A stretch of 59,907 bases of DNA, taken from IMG/VR virus record IMGVR_UViG_3300029906_000160. One strand, 5' to 3'. The translations under genes were made by a program, and so were the position numbers. A model generated the notes under the pieces. The model did not search any database. It saw only the letters and a program-made list of their open reading frames with translations, and was not told the DNA's origin. Origin of the DNA: a virus (lineage: Duplodnaviria; Heunggongvirae; Uroviricota; Caudoviricetes). The stretch's first letter is position 1, and each line of letters begins with the position of its first letter. Below are positions 1 through 15,300 of the stretch, piece by piece.

Positions 1-924
1 GATAATTTTTATTATGATACTGGGATAAAAATTAGATTTAATACTCCATTATCTGTAAGTAAATCTTATTTAGAAAAATATACTTCTGGTCCTTTAATTA
101 ATACTAATTCTGAGTATATTTTAATAGATTCTATATCTAAAGATAATATTGTTACAACTATAGATGGATCTCAAATTTTGATAAATAATTATAAAACATT
201 TTTAGATAATATATCTCGTAAAACTGATATTAAATTTAATGACAGATTTTTTAGAGACTTAATGTCTAATTATATTTCTGATAATGATTTTGTTAATAAT
301 ACATGAAATCAAGCAATTCAGAATATGTGAGATTTAGATAAAATAAATCTTGCTTTAAATGATATTAAATATGATATAGGAGTTCAATTAATATTAGATG
401 AAAATTGAAATATGCAAACTACCATATCTGACGATATAATTGCAAATTATTTAGCGAGAAAATTATCTTTGAAAAATCAAATAAAATCTGTATCTTTGGA
501 ACAAAATGATGGAATTAATAAAAGAATTGTCGTTATATTAAATGATAATTCTACAAAAACATATCAATTTAAAACTAATGACTTTAATTATAAAGAATCT
601 CAGTATTATAAATCTAAATGAGAATATAATGAAGTAAATAATACTGATAATTCAGAAAGTTTTACAAATGATACTGTTGAACAATTAACCAGAGATTTAG
701 ATGATGAGATTTTATTTAAAAATGGAGATGCTCAAGATATTCGTACTTATTTAAGATTATTATTTAATAGATCTACTGATGCAAAACGATATAGAAAACA
801 GGCGCAAGAATTATTAAAAACTTATAGAGAAGGAGATCCAGATCAGCAAGCAATCTATCAAAAATACGACGAATTTATGAGTAGATGGAGACAGATTAAT
901 GATAGTAATAATAAAAAATGTTAA
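1..924 (+). CDS. C-terminal part (5' truncated by window) of a large virion/RNAP-module protein, TGA=Trp
   Basis: Frame 1 is open from base 1 to TAA 922-924 when TGA is read as Trp. It includes track ORF 412..621, and its end overlaps the ATG of the next giant gene. Confidence 0.7.
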
Positions 925-3900
925 TAATGGCAAATAATTGCAACACTAAACTTTATTATCCAGAACAGTTTGATATTATCGATGATTTAATTACATTTCA
1001 TCCAGAAGCAGTAGAAGATTATATTAATTCAACATATGAACCAAAAACTGCATCTAAGATTCTTAAAGCTATTAATAAAGGAGAATTTGATGAAAATTGA
1101 GGAGTAACAACTGTATCTACAATTGATAATCCTAAAAATGGAAAACGATTAGAAAACGATACTATATTTTCTCAACCAAATACTTCTCAATCTGTTAGAA
1201 GTTATTTTGAAGGAAATCGAACTGGAGGAGATATTGCTTATAATAGACTTTTAAAAGATTTTAAAAATAAAGTTATATCATTATTAATATTTGATAAAGA
1301 TAGTCAGAAAGGAGTTGTAAATCCAAATGTTACAACTCCTTCTGGACTTTCTCTTATTAATAATGAACTTTATAATTATAAAATGGAATTAGCTAAAGAA
1401 TTAGCTGAATTTCTTGGTTTAAATACAAATTGAATTGGAAATACTAATTTATCTAATCAAGAATTTACTAAAAATTTATGGTCTGTAATTGGAAAATTTG
1501 AATTAGTAAAAAATACTAATATTCCAAATTGAAATTCACATTATGGATCATATGTCTTACTTAAAAACTTTGATAAATTAATTAAAGATCTATTTGATTT
1601 TGTTCAAATTAAAAAAGGATTTGGAGAAGATCTTAAAGGTATAGATATGTATGATTATACTGGTGGAATTGCACCTCAAGATATTAGTTGAGGTACAGAA
1701 GAAGCCGCAGATATAGCAGAATATACCTCTCCTTTAGTTAAGCTTTTACTTGATTATTTGCCAGAAGTAGAATTGGCGCAAAATAAAGAAATTGATTCTC
1801 CTAATTCTATAACATTTACTGGATTTAATCGAGTTATGACAAAACTTATAGATTATGTCAATAACAGCGATAATGTTCCTCCTTATTTAAAATCTGAAAT
1901 AGATAAAGGTGTAAACGCTAATTGGGATTTGTTAATAGATGAATATATTAAAGTTCTTACTGGAAACGATTCAACTAGTCAAAAGATAAATAGTAACTAC
2001 AAGACGATTTTAGTAGGAAAACTAAGAGGAATTAAAAAATATATCCTAGGAAAAAACGCTCCTTTGCCAGACAATATAAAGAAAACTTTTTTAGCGCAAG
2101 TAAATAAAACTGTAGATACTCAATATATTGTTTATAGAAAACAATATAATTCTAATACTAAACAATACGAAATTTATGCTCAAAATCTACATGATGATTT
2201 TATAAATGTACAATCTAATTCATTACAAAATTCTATTAAAGCATCATTATATAGATTTTGGCATAATCCAAAGCAATTTGAAAATCTATTAACTAAATAT
2301 GGTATTGAAATAAAAGATGACGAGATTATTATTCATCACGACATGATGAACAATAAACCAATTCAAAGAAAGTTATTTCAATCTACTAAAAATATTAGAA
2401 TAACTCCAGCTAATAATAAATATAACTTTAGTATAGATTCTACTAAACAGAATTTAATGGATGAAAATAGTGAAAATGTAGTACAATTAATAGAAGATTT
2501 ACTTCAAATTAATCTTCCTTCAGATTATACTAATTATATTCCAATTATATCCGATAATTCTAAACTATTTTCTATATTTTCAAAGCCGTTATGTTTTGCA
2601 TTATATGCTGGAAATGATACTGCTAAAAAGAATTTTGAATACGAATATCAAGATGAAGTTATAAAAACTTGAAGATATAAAAATGATTTCTCAACTGCAG
2701 CTCGATATTTAAGTTATATTTATGGATCTGATACTTTAAATGTATTAAGAAACTCTAAAGGAAATAATTTACCTCTTTATCAATTAGGTTCTTATATTTA
2801 CGATTTTAAAAAATTACTTAGAGAATTTGATGAAAAATATCAATCAAATACTGGTGAATTAGTAAAAGCAATAAATGTTTTCTTAAATAATCCTTTATAT
2901 AGAAATAGAGATGTTGTAAAAAGAGTTTATATTAGATCTGAATTTAATATTGGAAATAAACAAAAAGAAACAAGAGATTTAACATTCTCTGAAGTTATGC
3001 AATTAGCTTTAGTTGATGATTTTTATAATAATCTTTATAAATCTTCTGGTAATTTCTTATTACAACCAATTGTATATTCAGATAAAAGAACACATTATTT
3101 AGTAGAATTTGATACTAGTAAACTTCTTTTAAATTCTGGTATAAGCCTAAGAGATGCGCTTAGAAAAATTGGAGAATCCTTTAATTCTAAAAGTTTAGAG
3201 AATAGTATTATTGATTATGTTGCAGAATATCGTAAGGATAAAGTTAAATCACAAATAATTAATTTAGTAAGAAGATTTAGTAATGCGTTAAATCTTAATT
3301 TAGATATTTCTAAAAATAGTACTTTAACTGAAGTTACGCAAACGTTAAATACTATTCTAAAAAAAATACAAACAAATTATCCTACGGTAAAAGAATTAAG
3401 ATCTGCTTTTCAAAATTCTCAATTATATGAAGAATTTGATATTAAAGTAAAAGATGGAAAGATTGTAGGATTTAATGAAACACTTTTTCATAATGCAGAA
3501 ATGTATTGGGATTATAATAAAAATAATCAAAATACAACTAAATTATTTAAAAATCGTATAGAAAGAGAGAGATTTCAATTTGCTAAAGATTTGTGAAATT
3601 CTGATTTTTCTTTAACTGCTTTAAGAGATCCAAAACTTCAAGGAATTTTTGATAAGCTAAAAGATAAAGATCCTAAGGTATTTAGTAAATGATATGATTC
3701 ATATAGTAAAACAATGCAATTGTTTAAAATATATGATAAACAAACAAATGAAGAAGTTATACCTACAAGTGACGTATTTGATTATAATAAATACACAATA
3801 GAATTAAATCCAATTCTTAATTCCTACTATTATGCAGAATTAACTTTATCTCCAGCTTATTCAGAAATATTATTTGGTGATGTTGCTGGATATCCGTCTA

Positions 3901-6900
3901 AATATAAAAAAGAAGATGGGATTTCAAATGAAGATTATTATTTATTTTCCGAAGCGAATAGACTTACTGCACAATGTAAACGTACAATGGTAGGAGGATC
4001 TACTAGACATTCTTATCTCCAAGGAACTAGATATGGAGTTGGCTCAAAAGTAAAAATTGCAGTTATAGATGATCCAAGAGGAGAAATATTTAATCCTCTC
4101 GGAGAAAAAGATAGTAAATTGGCGTTACATGATGGTGGAGGATGAATTAATCCAATATACGCTATTATGGAAAATGAATCTTTGGTAGATGCAGCAGTAG
4201 CTGAAGATAAGAAAACTATTTGAACATTTACTGATAAAGAAACTGGAGTTTTAACAGAAATTAAATGAGCAGCTTATTCATTAAATAATACTCGTAGACG
4301 TTTTTCTCAGTTCCCAGCAGATAATTCTGCGGAAATAATGTTTAGAAAAATGAATTCTATTCCTATTAATAAATCTTTAGCAAAAGGAATTGACTTTAAT
4401 AAGTTTTATGATCCAACGAATAGATCAAATAGTAATTACAATCGAAAAGTTGAAAATTTTATTTATTATTGGGATCAATTAAACGATATTACCTGAAGAA
4501 TTGATTATATTAACAATAATAATGGAGTAGCGGAAATTCATGAAACAGCGGTAGATAAATATGGAAATATTCGAACTATTATTGATGAGAATGGAAATAC
4601 TCAAAATATTACTAGAACTCGAAATCAGGAAATTACTAATTTATATTCATTAGATCAAATATTTGGAGGAGCTTATACTCAAACGTTAAATCCAGAATTA
4701 AAAGTTCTTGAATGAAGCAATACAAATATAAAGATGTTAGCAAATATGGTAGGTGTATATCAAGAACTTAAGGAAAACATGGTTGGATATATAGTGAATC
4801 ATAGTGCTATTAAGGTAGGAGTTAGACAAAATAATAGTTTAGATACTTTAAAAGATCTTTCTGTTCCATTTAAGACTTTTGAAATGTCTACTAAATTTGG
4901 TGGAGTTCAAATGGATGCAAGCCATGATGTTGAAGCAGGACATGTATCAGAAATGTCTCAAATGATTTCTTCTCTTATTCAAGCTGGATTTTCTACAGAT
5001 CTTGTTGATCAAATATATAAAGATATTGGAGAAGTTGCTAAAGCTGGTATTGATGAATGAGGTATAGCTATTGATTCTAATGATAAAGATCAAATTTATA
5101 AAATTCTTGGAAAAGCTCTTATAGATTCATTTAATTCTACTAAAAGAACTGGATTAGGACTTACTGAATCATTTATTGTAATTGCCGAAAACGAATTTCA
5201 GAAGAATAATATTCAAATAAAAATTCCATTTAGTTCTCCAGATGTTAAAAACGCATTTGTTACAACAGTAATGTCTCAACTAAATAAAGACAGTATTAGA
5301 AGAAAATATGATGGTTTAGCCGCAGTTTTAACTCCATCTGCAGGTGTAATGATGTATTATAACTGACCTGGAGTAAATGGAACTTTAACGTATCAAGAAT
5401 TTGTAAAAAGTTTATATAATGGAAGTGGAGCAATAGGTAAAAAATCATTAGCTATTAGACAAGAATATATTGATATTGCAAGAAATAATGGATTATCTGA
5501 AGAAGAAGGAAAATTACAATTTTTAAAAAATATATTTAACAAAACTATTTTATTAGGTAAGTATATTAATCCTACTTTAGTTGAACCAAGAGCTAAATCA
5601 GATATTGATTTTTATGATACTATTGTATATAAAGGAGTTAATGAAGATTGAAAACAGGCAAAAACAATTAGACTTGATACTATTGCTAAATATGATTATA
5701 TTAAAAATCAGTTAGATCCAAGTCAGTATAATTTTGCAATATGAACAGCTAAACCAAAGGATTTAAAATTTGGATATACTAAATTTACTGGAATTGTAGG
5801 AGATCAATCTTTTAAATTTAATGACTATGATTCAGATATTGTCCGAAGTAATTTCTATTTAAAAGATATAAGACATTATATCATAAACCTTCTTGAAGGA
5901 AAGCCAGATGATTCTGCTATTACTAAATTAGGTATGAATTTAGATATAATTGCTAAATCTTTATCTGGAGTACTTCCAAGTCAAACAGTTAATTTGATAT
6001 TTAGATATATAAACGAATATAATCCATTAGATCCTCCATCAGAAGCATATACTAATTTAATATTAGGAACGATTAATAATCTTATTAAAACAGCCGAACA
6101 AAGAACTCAAGCTTTTTATACTGCTTTATCTGATTATCAACATGGAAAAACTAATGATTTATCTATAACTGTAAATGGAGTTAAATTAGATAAAATTACT
6201 AATATTACAGTTAAATCTGGAGAAATTATGCTTGGAAAAGCTAACGCATCTAAATTAGGATTAAGAAAAAATGATACTATTGCTGATGTTAAAGCTGCTG
6301 GACATAGATTTTTTAGGGATAGAATTCTAGAAGAGACGAGTCTTCCTATTGATGTAGATGAATCTTTATTTGATGCTGTTGGATTCACATCTGATAATAA
6401 AAAAGTTCTAATTTCTATTGGTTCCTTTAGCGAAAATATTAATAGAATAAATAAAACTTTCTCTTCTGAAGATTTTAGAGAAACAAACGGAGATATTTAT
6501 TATAAAGATGAAGAACTATGTAAGTCACAAGGTAAAATATTTAGAGAATTTACAACAAGAGATGGACAAAAATATTACTTTATTAATATAGATAGTTATG
6601 ATCGATTAAAAGAACTTAATAGAACTGAGTGATTTAATACAATTAGATTAAATTATAATACTCATAATTGAAAGAAACTTTTAATCGCGCAAAATCCAGA
6701 TGTATTTGATAAACAAGGTAATATTAATCAAGGAGAATCTCTTGAATTAAATCTTCCAGATACTTTAAATATAAATGGAGAATTAACTTTAACTCCTGGA
6801 GGTAAATATTTAATAGATAAAAATTTAAATCAATTAAATCCAAATTTATTACTTAAAATCTTACAAGAAAACGAAGATGATAGATATTTTGATTATGTAG

Positions 6901-9900
6901 AAAATCTATCAAAACGTAAATATCAGTCATTCTTAAATCAATTAAATTATATTGCAGCTCGTATTCCAACTCAGAGTATGCAATCTTTCATGCCACTTGA
7001 AGTTGTAGCATTCACAGATAGTGATACTAATGATGTATATGTTCCTAGAAGCTTAACATGACTTGAGGGTGCTAAACAGAAAAATTAAGGTCAAGTCTTG
7101 TTAAATTCAAATATTTTTCTTATATTTGTAAAAATATAAAATTATGAATATAGAAAAATTAAAACAATTAGCAGAACAGGGTTTATATTATTCCCAAATA
7201 GCAGAACAACTTAATTGTAGTGAATCAACAGTTAAAAAATACGCTAGAAAAAATAATATTAAGATTGCTACTAAAATTATTAGAGCTAATAATGAAGAAA
7301 CAAAAATTCAAATTCAAAATTTACTAAATCAAGGAAAAACAAATTTAGAAATAGCTAAAGAATTACAAATTTCTCCAACAACCGCTAGACGATATACAAA
7401 AGAATTATTAAAAACTGAAACTAATACAATTAGAGCAAAAAAGATTAAGAATGTTTCTTTATCAGAAGAACAATTAGAAATCTTATATGGATGTTTATTA
7501 GGAGATATGTGTATAACTTTAACACAAGCGGGAGCTAGATTATATATTGGACAAGGAGGCCAACATGAAGTATATTTTGATCATTTATGTGAAAAATTTA
7601 AAGGGTTACTTGGCAAAATATCTAAAGCACAAAGATTTGATAAAAGAACTAATAAATATTATTCAAAATATTCTGTTAGATCATTAGCTAATGTTGTATG
7701 AAAAGATATTTATGATCAAATTTATATAAATGGAATAAAAACAATCACTCAAGATTGAGTAAATAAACTTACATGAAAATCTATTGCTTATTGATTTATG
7801 GACGATGGCACTGTTAGAGGATTATTTGCAACTAATTGTTTTTCTTTAAATGAAATAAAATTACTTCAAGAAATGTTTATAAATAAATTTAATATCAAAA
7901 CAAGAATTAAACAAGTAACAAATAAAAAAGATCAATGATTGTTAATTGTTGAAAACGAAGATTTAGAAAATTTTGAAAAACAGATAAAACCATATATTTT
8001 AAATTCAATGTCTTATAAACTTGTAAAAGTTAAATAATTGGCACCTAAAATCTCGTGAATTCAGGGAAACTCCTCATAGGACAATCCTGATCTAAGCTTA
8101 ATTGAAAGAGCAACGACTAGTCGTAAGACGTATTAAAAGGAAGCGCGAGATCTCATAAAGAGAAAGATATAGTCTGAACTTATAAGTAATTATAAGTTAA
8201 CACATTAGGATTATGATATTGATAAAGAGTATATGATGGGATATTCACTTATGGATAATGGTGATGTCCCTACATTATCTGCTTTAGATAAATATAAGAA
8301 TTATGATATTAAAGAACTTTTAAGATTGCCAATTCCAAAAGAAAGAAAATTTGAAGTTAATTCAAATAATGCAATATTAGTAACTATTGATGATTTAAAA
8401 CTATTTGATAAGGACTTAAGCGTTATTTCTAGAATTTTAAAAGACGGTAGAACTAATATTATATTTGAAGAATGAAATAAAGATTCTAAAATATCTGATA
8501 AAACTTATTATAGACTCCAGAAAAAGTTATTAAAGAGATTAAAAGAACATGAATCTACTGATCGTTCTGGAGAATATCATAAAAAAGCATTACGTAATGT
8601 TGTAGTACAAGGAATTTTTGATGTAATCAAAGATCCAATAAATCAAGTTAATCTTCAAAAGCCTATTGCAATGGATGAGCAAAAGGAAGCAGGTAAAAAA
8701 TCAACTCTTGGTAAAGAAGAAAAATATATGACTTTTGATAATCCTGCAACTAAATTTAAAATGCAAATCCAAAATATGGTTGGTAGAGAGGTTATTGGAG
8801 TTACAGCAGTATCTCTTAAAGCATTTTTTGCTGCATCATTATATTATGATACGCAAATGCAATCTATTGCAAATTTAGTTAAATTAGAACCTATTTCAGA
8901 AAACATTCAACAAGTTTGAACTAAAATAAAAGATTTAACTTATGATGGAAAATTTGGAAGAGGTGAAGAACTAAAAACTTTATCTAACGCTTATATAAGA
9001 CCAATATTATTAGCACTTATTGATAATCCAAGTTGATCAAGAGTAAAATTATCAGATACTAATATTACTAGTTCTATAAATACAAATCTTCAAGGACATT
9101 TATTAGATTATATAGATATAGAGTTAGATGGAACTTATTTAAGATTTGAGGATTTAATAAGTCAATTAAATGAGACAGCAAATAGAAACGATGCTCCTAT
9201 GTCAATATCTGGTTTGTTGTCATCAGCGACAGATAATGCTAAAGAGCTTCTATTGGCAAAAATTAATGCTACTACGAAATTTGCAGATATTTATACTTAC
9301 TTACTTTCAACTGGAGAATCTTTTGCAGATATTGCTAATTTTATGATTTCTCCAATCTTTAATATAGTATCAAAATATAGTACAGATAATATATTTGATG
9401 CTTCTCCAAAAAATGTTAGATTATTAGATGCAATTAAATTTATATTAAATGAAAGAACACTACCTATAATAGATAACTTTGTATTTAATAATTGAATGTT
9501 ATATACTGGATATCAATCTGTATCTAATAATTCTGATAGATTTGAAGTAAGTAGTAAATCTATTTTAGCTAAAATATTATTTAAAAATAACGATAACGGT
9601 GTTAATACAGCAGAACTAAACCCATATACTGTTTCTTTAATTGATAAAATTTTACTTAACGTTGGATATCAAGATATTAGTACCCCAGAAAACAAATATC
9701 AAGCTGTTAGAGATTTAATAGAAAATTTAGGAAAGAAATGAGGTGATGGAATTTCTGGAGAAGCAAGACAATTGATAGTTAAAATAATTTTAGATGAATT
9801 ATCTGATCCTACAAATGGACAATATTTACAAACTTTAATTATTAATCATCTTAAATCTAACATTAACACAGAAACGATTAAATATAGAAGTAATATAGAG

Positions 9901-12330
9901 GGGGATGTAGAACAAGATATTATAGATCAATGAGAATGGGATCCTTATGCTGATGATGTAGCATTATATGATGAATTAAATAATGCAAATTTATCTGAAA
10001 TTACTTTTGATATTGAAGATATAGATTCAGATCAGTATCGTCAATTATATAGATATTTTACTGATTATGTATTTAAAAAAGAATCACAATTAAACTCGTT
10101 AGCAGACAAAGAAGCAAGCTTAGCCCAATTAGAAGATATAAGATCTAAAGTTATTCCTGGAGCTAAAGAATTACAATTACTTGGAAGATTCTTAGGAATT
10201 AATCAAGGAATGAAGACAAATGATTTTCAAGAATATTCTTGGATTAAAAATCTAGAATCGGAAATCAATAGAATTTATGTAGAAGCTGGTAAAGATGAAG
10301 AATTTATGCCATTTGATCTTCTTGAATTTATGGAAAATCCGCAATACAGACAAAAACAAATAGATCAATACGAACAAGTAAAAACAACATTTAATATTCT
10401 TAAAGTTATTACAACTGCAAGTAATTTCTTTGAAATGTTAAAAACATTAGTTATTGCTCGTAAATCTCTATATCAATCTGCAGCAATTCAATTAGAAAGA
10501 AAGTTTGCTAGAGAAGTTATAGCTAAGGGAGAAAAGACAGTAATATATAAAGGAAAAGGAAATCCTGAAGGACATTTAAATATAACTTCTGCAAATACTT
10601 CTTCATTAAATCAAAAAGAATTTAGAGAAGTATCTAAATATGTTCAAGATGTATTAATATTAAATTGAATTTCCACATTACAGGGAAGAAGTATTACATT
10701 GCCAATTGGAGCAACTAGATATTTTGGAGATGGAAAATCTACTAATGCTACCGAGAGTTCACGAATAGTTGATATAAATAATACTGAAGGGTTAGCTACT
10801 TTTAAAAATTGAATGGAAAATATAGTTATTCCAAAATTGAAAGAATTAAACGATAATGGATTTTTTGGAGATAAAGGTCCAAACAGATTTTTAAAAGGTT
10901 TAACTTCTGGATTTAGTATTAATAGAAGATTAAATGCTATTAGAACTTTCTACACTCTTCCAATTCAAATGAATAAGATTTCGGATGATTTAAAAACACA
11001 AGAGTTATATAACGGATATTTAGATGATTTTTCAGCCATATCTAGTAAAAAATTACCTAATGATTTATATAGCGCAGATGATTTACTTATTCAATATCCA
11101 AATATGCAATCTTGAACAATTGGAGAATTATTTTTCTTATATAATACCATAGTTCATAAAAATTCAATGTCTGGTAATTCTTTAAGTAGATTGTTTGTAG
11201 ACTTAAATACTCAAAATGATTATGGAATTATTAGAAGCTGGCATATGTTTTTAAGTAGATTAGATAATGGAGAAATAAATATAAATGATCTTAAATATGA
11301 TAAAACTATGAAAGATCTTAAGTATCGATTATCTGATAAAAATACTAAACTTAAATTTAAAGTACAAGATAGATACGAATATGGAAAATTAGTGGCAATA
11401 GATTTTTATGATTTTAATAATCCTAATGATATACAATCTATTGCAGTTAAAAAAGATGTTTATTATTCTGACTTTACTTTTGATATGCCATATATGGATG
11501 GAATAAAACTTATCGCTCCTTTATCTAGTAAAACTTTAGTTGATGAATACAATCAAGATTATAAACCAGCATTAAATAGTAAAGAAACTATTCAAGAAAT
11601 AATTAATAATTTCTCAAGAATAGCTCAATATTCTACTACTACAAAAATAAAAACAATTACTGATGCAGATTTAGATTCTTGATTTGAAGCTGAGCAAAAA
11701 GGAAAATACACTCCAATTCAGTTTAATAATGTTAATGCGTTAAATCGAATGAAAGCAAGTTCTGCATTTATATATAATAATACGATTTATGTAAACGTAG
11801 ATCATGCAAAAGCATCTTCTCCAATACATGAATATTTACATGTAATTTTAGCTGGAATGAAGTTTAATAAAGATGAAAAAATCAAAAATAAATTCTATGA
11901 TATTTTAGCTCATATTAAAGATACGCAAGAATATCAAAAAATGTTAGATGATATTAGGGAGAAAGATAAAGCTACTGGACTTTATTCTAATTTATATGGT
12001 TCTGATTTACAAGAAGAAGTTTTAGTACATTTACTTGAAAATGAATTTTTAACTGGATTTAATAAGAAATGAGATAATCCAGTTCTTAAAGATTTAAAAC
12101 AAAGTGTTGTAAATATTCTTGAACAACTATTAGATATAGATTCTATAAAGGATCAAAATCTAGATAATTTAGGTAATACTTCTTTACAAGATCTAATGTT
12201 ATTTTTTAGTTCAAAATTAATATCTCCTACAGAAACAATAGATGAATTAGCTATTCCTACTAATCAAACAATAGCTAACATTAAAGCTACATTAGCTAAA
12301 AATAAGCAAATAACTTGAAAAAATTGTTAA
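918..12330 (+). CDS. Virion-packaged RNA polymerase, crAss-like, join(918..7073,8209..12330), ~3425 aa, with C-terminal zincin-like domain
   Basis: Track ORFs 918-6632 share one frame and 8233-12072 share another; the breaks inspected are TGA. Splicing gives ARIPTQSMQSF...WLEGA|DYDIDK (RNAP DxDxD motif). IHEYLH...QEEVL near the C-terminus is an HExxH zincin motif. Confidence 0.9.
7097..7128 (+). promoter_or_regulatory. Bacteroidota sigma70-type promoter for the intron endonuclease
   Basis: CTTG-N20-TATATTTG (consensus TTTG-N19-21-TAnnTTTG), 15 nt upstream of ATG 7144. Confidence 0.7.
7144..8037 (+). CDS. Intron-encoded LAGLIDADG homing endonuclease with N-terminal HTH repeats, 297 aa
   Basis: Motifs LYGCLLGDMC and AYWFMDDG. 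The frame reads through TGA to TAA 8035-8037. Confidence 0.88.
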
Positions 12331-12331
12331 T

Positions 12332-15300
12332 ATGCCAAAATGTGAAATTACTATTAATATAGACGGAATAGTTAATTCTAAACCGTTTAATTCAGAGAAA
12401 GAACTTGATGGTTGGTTATACGACCATCAAGATTCTCTTTCTGAATATATCGATCCTGAAACTGGATTAATTACGTTTAGTTTAAATCTTAAAGAAGGAA
12501 CTAGACAAAAATTAATAGAAGAAAATAAAAAATGAAAAGCTTTAGGAGAAAGATCAATTCCTAAAACAGATAATCCAAATAGTATTGAAGAAGCTAGTCT
12601 TGGAGTAACTTTATCTATGAATTTTGCTGGTAATAAAATTTCAATGGATAAACCAATTGATACTTATGACGAAGAATCTCAAAAAACTCGATTTATAGAA
12701 AGACAAGAAACTAAATATATTCAAGAAGGTGTAAAACCAGAAGATGCTAAAATTGATGCGATTAAAGATTGGGAAAGACAGCAAAAAGAATATAAAACTA
12801 TAAATGAACTCGGAACAGCAGCTCATAATATTGTAGAAGATATCTTTAAAAATCAATTTACTAATCCAAATAGTAAAAAATATGGAATTTTAGCTGGAAA
12901 CACAGGAGATGTTAAAAAAGTATCTGATATTGCATATAAACTACAAGGAGTATTAAGAGATAGATTTAAAAATATTTCTTTTGATTCTGATGTTTTTATA
13001 GAAACTGATATTTATTCTAAAGAAATTAATTCTGAGTATAAACATGTAATTCAAGGGATAAAAACTGCCCAGTCTAAAATAAACCAAATGTTAAATAGTG
13101 GAAAAGCTCCTGATAAAAAAGCAGCTTTAAATCTTCAAAATATTTTAGCTGGTGGAAACTTTAATTTACATGGAAAAATAGATATGCTCGTTATTGATGA
13201 TAACGGAGCGATTAATTTATACGATTTTAAATTTTCTTCTACTCCTTTTAATGAGTGGCATCCAGTTAAACTAGATAAATCAGAAATGCAGTTACAAATG
13301 TACGCTGCAATGCTTCGTCAAGCAGGTTTTAAGGTGGGAGAAGTAGGAATAATTCCAATTTATGTAAAACCAGATCCTAAATCATCTGATGGACATATTT
13401 ATGAATTATCTGGAAATACTTATTCGTCTATTGTAAAGCTATGTGACGATTTTGCAACTAAAACAATGGCAGATTTAATTATTCCAAATAATATAAAAGT
13501 AGATTTATCTAGTTTAAATAAGATAAATAAAGAAATTGGAGAATTATTTCCTGGCAAAGATCTTGATAGAGTATCAAAGAAGAATGCATTAGATATTGCT
13601 TATTTTAGATCAGAAATGTGTAAAGCAGTTACAAGTAATGATCCAAAATATGATCCTAATATAATGCAATGATACTTTTATGATAATGTATCAAAGCTTG
13701 ATTCTGGCGGTCGTGCTCCAAAAATATATTTTACTAAAGAAAATGCAGAAAAAGTTATTGGAGATTATCTAAAGAAATATAATGAAAATCGAGCTAACAT
13801 TAATATAAGAATAGGAAGAAAATTTAAAGACATTTCTAAACAAAGTCAAGGTAAAAGACAAAGTTTATTAAACTTTTTTAGAAATTTTAGTGCAAACGAA
13901 GATATTGTAGAAGGAAATTTAAATTTATTCTATCCCTTCTTTTTGAATGGATGAAATTTAGTCGGAGATACAAATAATGATGAGGCCTTATGAGCTAATG
14001 GAATATATATGTTTGAGAAAGATAATGTTGTTCAAATCATATATATGGATGCCACTAGAAATTTAGGTGAAGTTATAAAAATAAACAATCAAACGTCAAT
14101 ATTTGGAAATACAAAGTTAGATAGTGAGATTGATAAAACACAAGATTTAGAATCTACATATGCTAATCTGTTAGCTATGAAAGTTATGTGTTATATATCA
14201 GAAACTCCATATTTTGATACTAAAAGAGTATTAGGAGTTACTGTTAAAAATTTTGAAGAAGCTCCAATATTTCAAATAAGTAATGATTTATTAATTAAAA
14301 ACTGAAATAAATTAGTATTTGAAAATTCAAAAATTAGCGGTCTTAAAACTATAGATAATCGTAAAATGTTAGATGAGATTAGTGCATCGTTATTTATGGC
14401 TAATCAATGGATATCTACAATAAATGGAGGAGAATCTCTATCTACTCAAATTAAAAGTACAGCAGCATATAAAGATTCTATTGCAAAAACTATCGCAAAT
14501 GTAGAACTTATACTTAACCAATTAAAGAAAAAATATTTTAGATCAGTGCCCATAACAGAAGTAAAGGGAGATGATGTAAATTCACCTGCATATAAAGCTG
14601 TAGTAGCTTTATCTAAAACTTTACTCTCTTTAACTAACATTTATATGGTTAATGAAGCAGATGTTGGTAGAACTTGAGAACCAGAAACCAGATCTCTCGG
14701 AACTAATTTTTCTCCTCATTTTATGTCTGAATCATCTAATCTTAGAAATCTAGATAAAATGAGTTCAGCTTATTTTGATGATTTAGCTACTAGATTTAGA
14801 AAAGATGCTTTACCTTGACAAAAATTAATGAAAGATGCTATAGAAGAATGACAATCTCATCCAGAATTACATTATTCTTCTAATGTAGGAGGAGAATTTA
14901 CTGTTTTTAATCAATGATTTAGAAGAGATCCCATGGATGAAAGTAAAATTGATAAAAATCTTATTTTACGAGATCCTAACGATGCTTACTTTAGAAATCT
15001 TCCTGCTTCTAGAAAATTATTAACTTATTTTCTAGAAAAATTAAATATAATGAGATATGGATCAGAAGAAGAAAGTTCTATGGCAAAAGCTAATAACGAA
15101 GAAGTTTGGTATTCTGTGCCATTAATGAGATCTGGTACCGTTGAACAAATAGGAAAATTTAACGATATAAATGATTTTGTTACCGCGTTAGAAGCTTGGT
15201 GGAAAAGAAAGACTCAAACTGGATTAGAAGGATACGATGATGCAGAAATAGAAGAAGAATTAATGAAACAGTTAAATGATCTTGATTCTGCAAGATTAAA

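Larger units (their letters stand above)
7074..8208 (+). mobile_element. Group I intron in the RNAP gene, endonuclease ORF in the P1 loop
   Basis: Exon ends in U (GGTGCT 7073) and intron ends in G (8208). P1 partner GGCACCT is at 8040-8046, and P10 ATAATT pairs with GATTAT. Core elements: GAATTCAGGGAA, AATCCTGATCTAAGC, CAACGACTAG, AAGATATAGTCTG. Confidence 0.92.
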
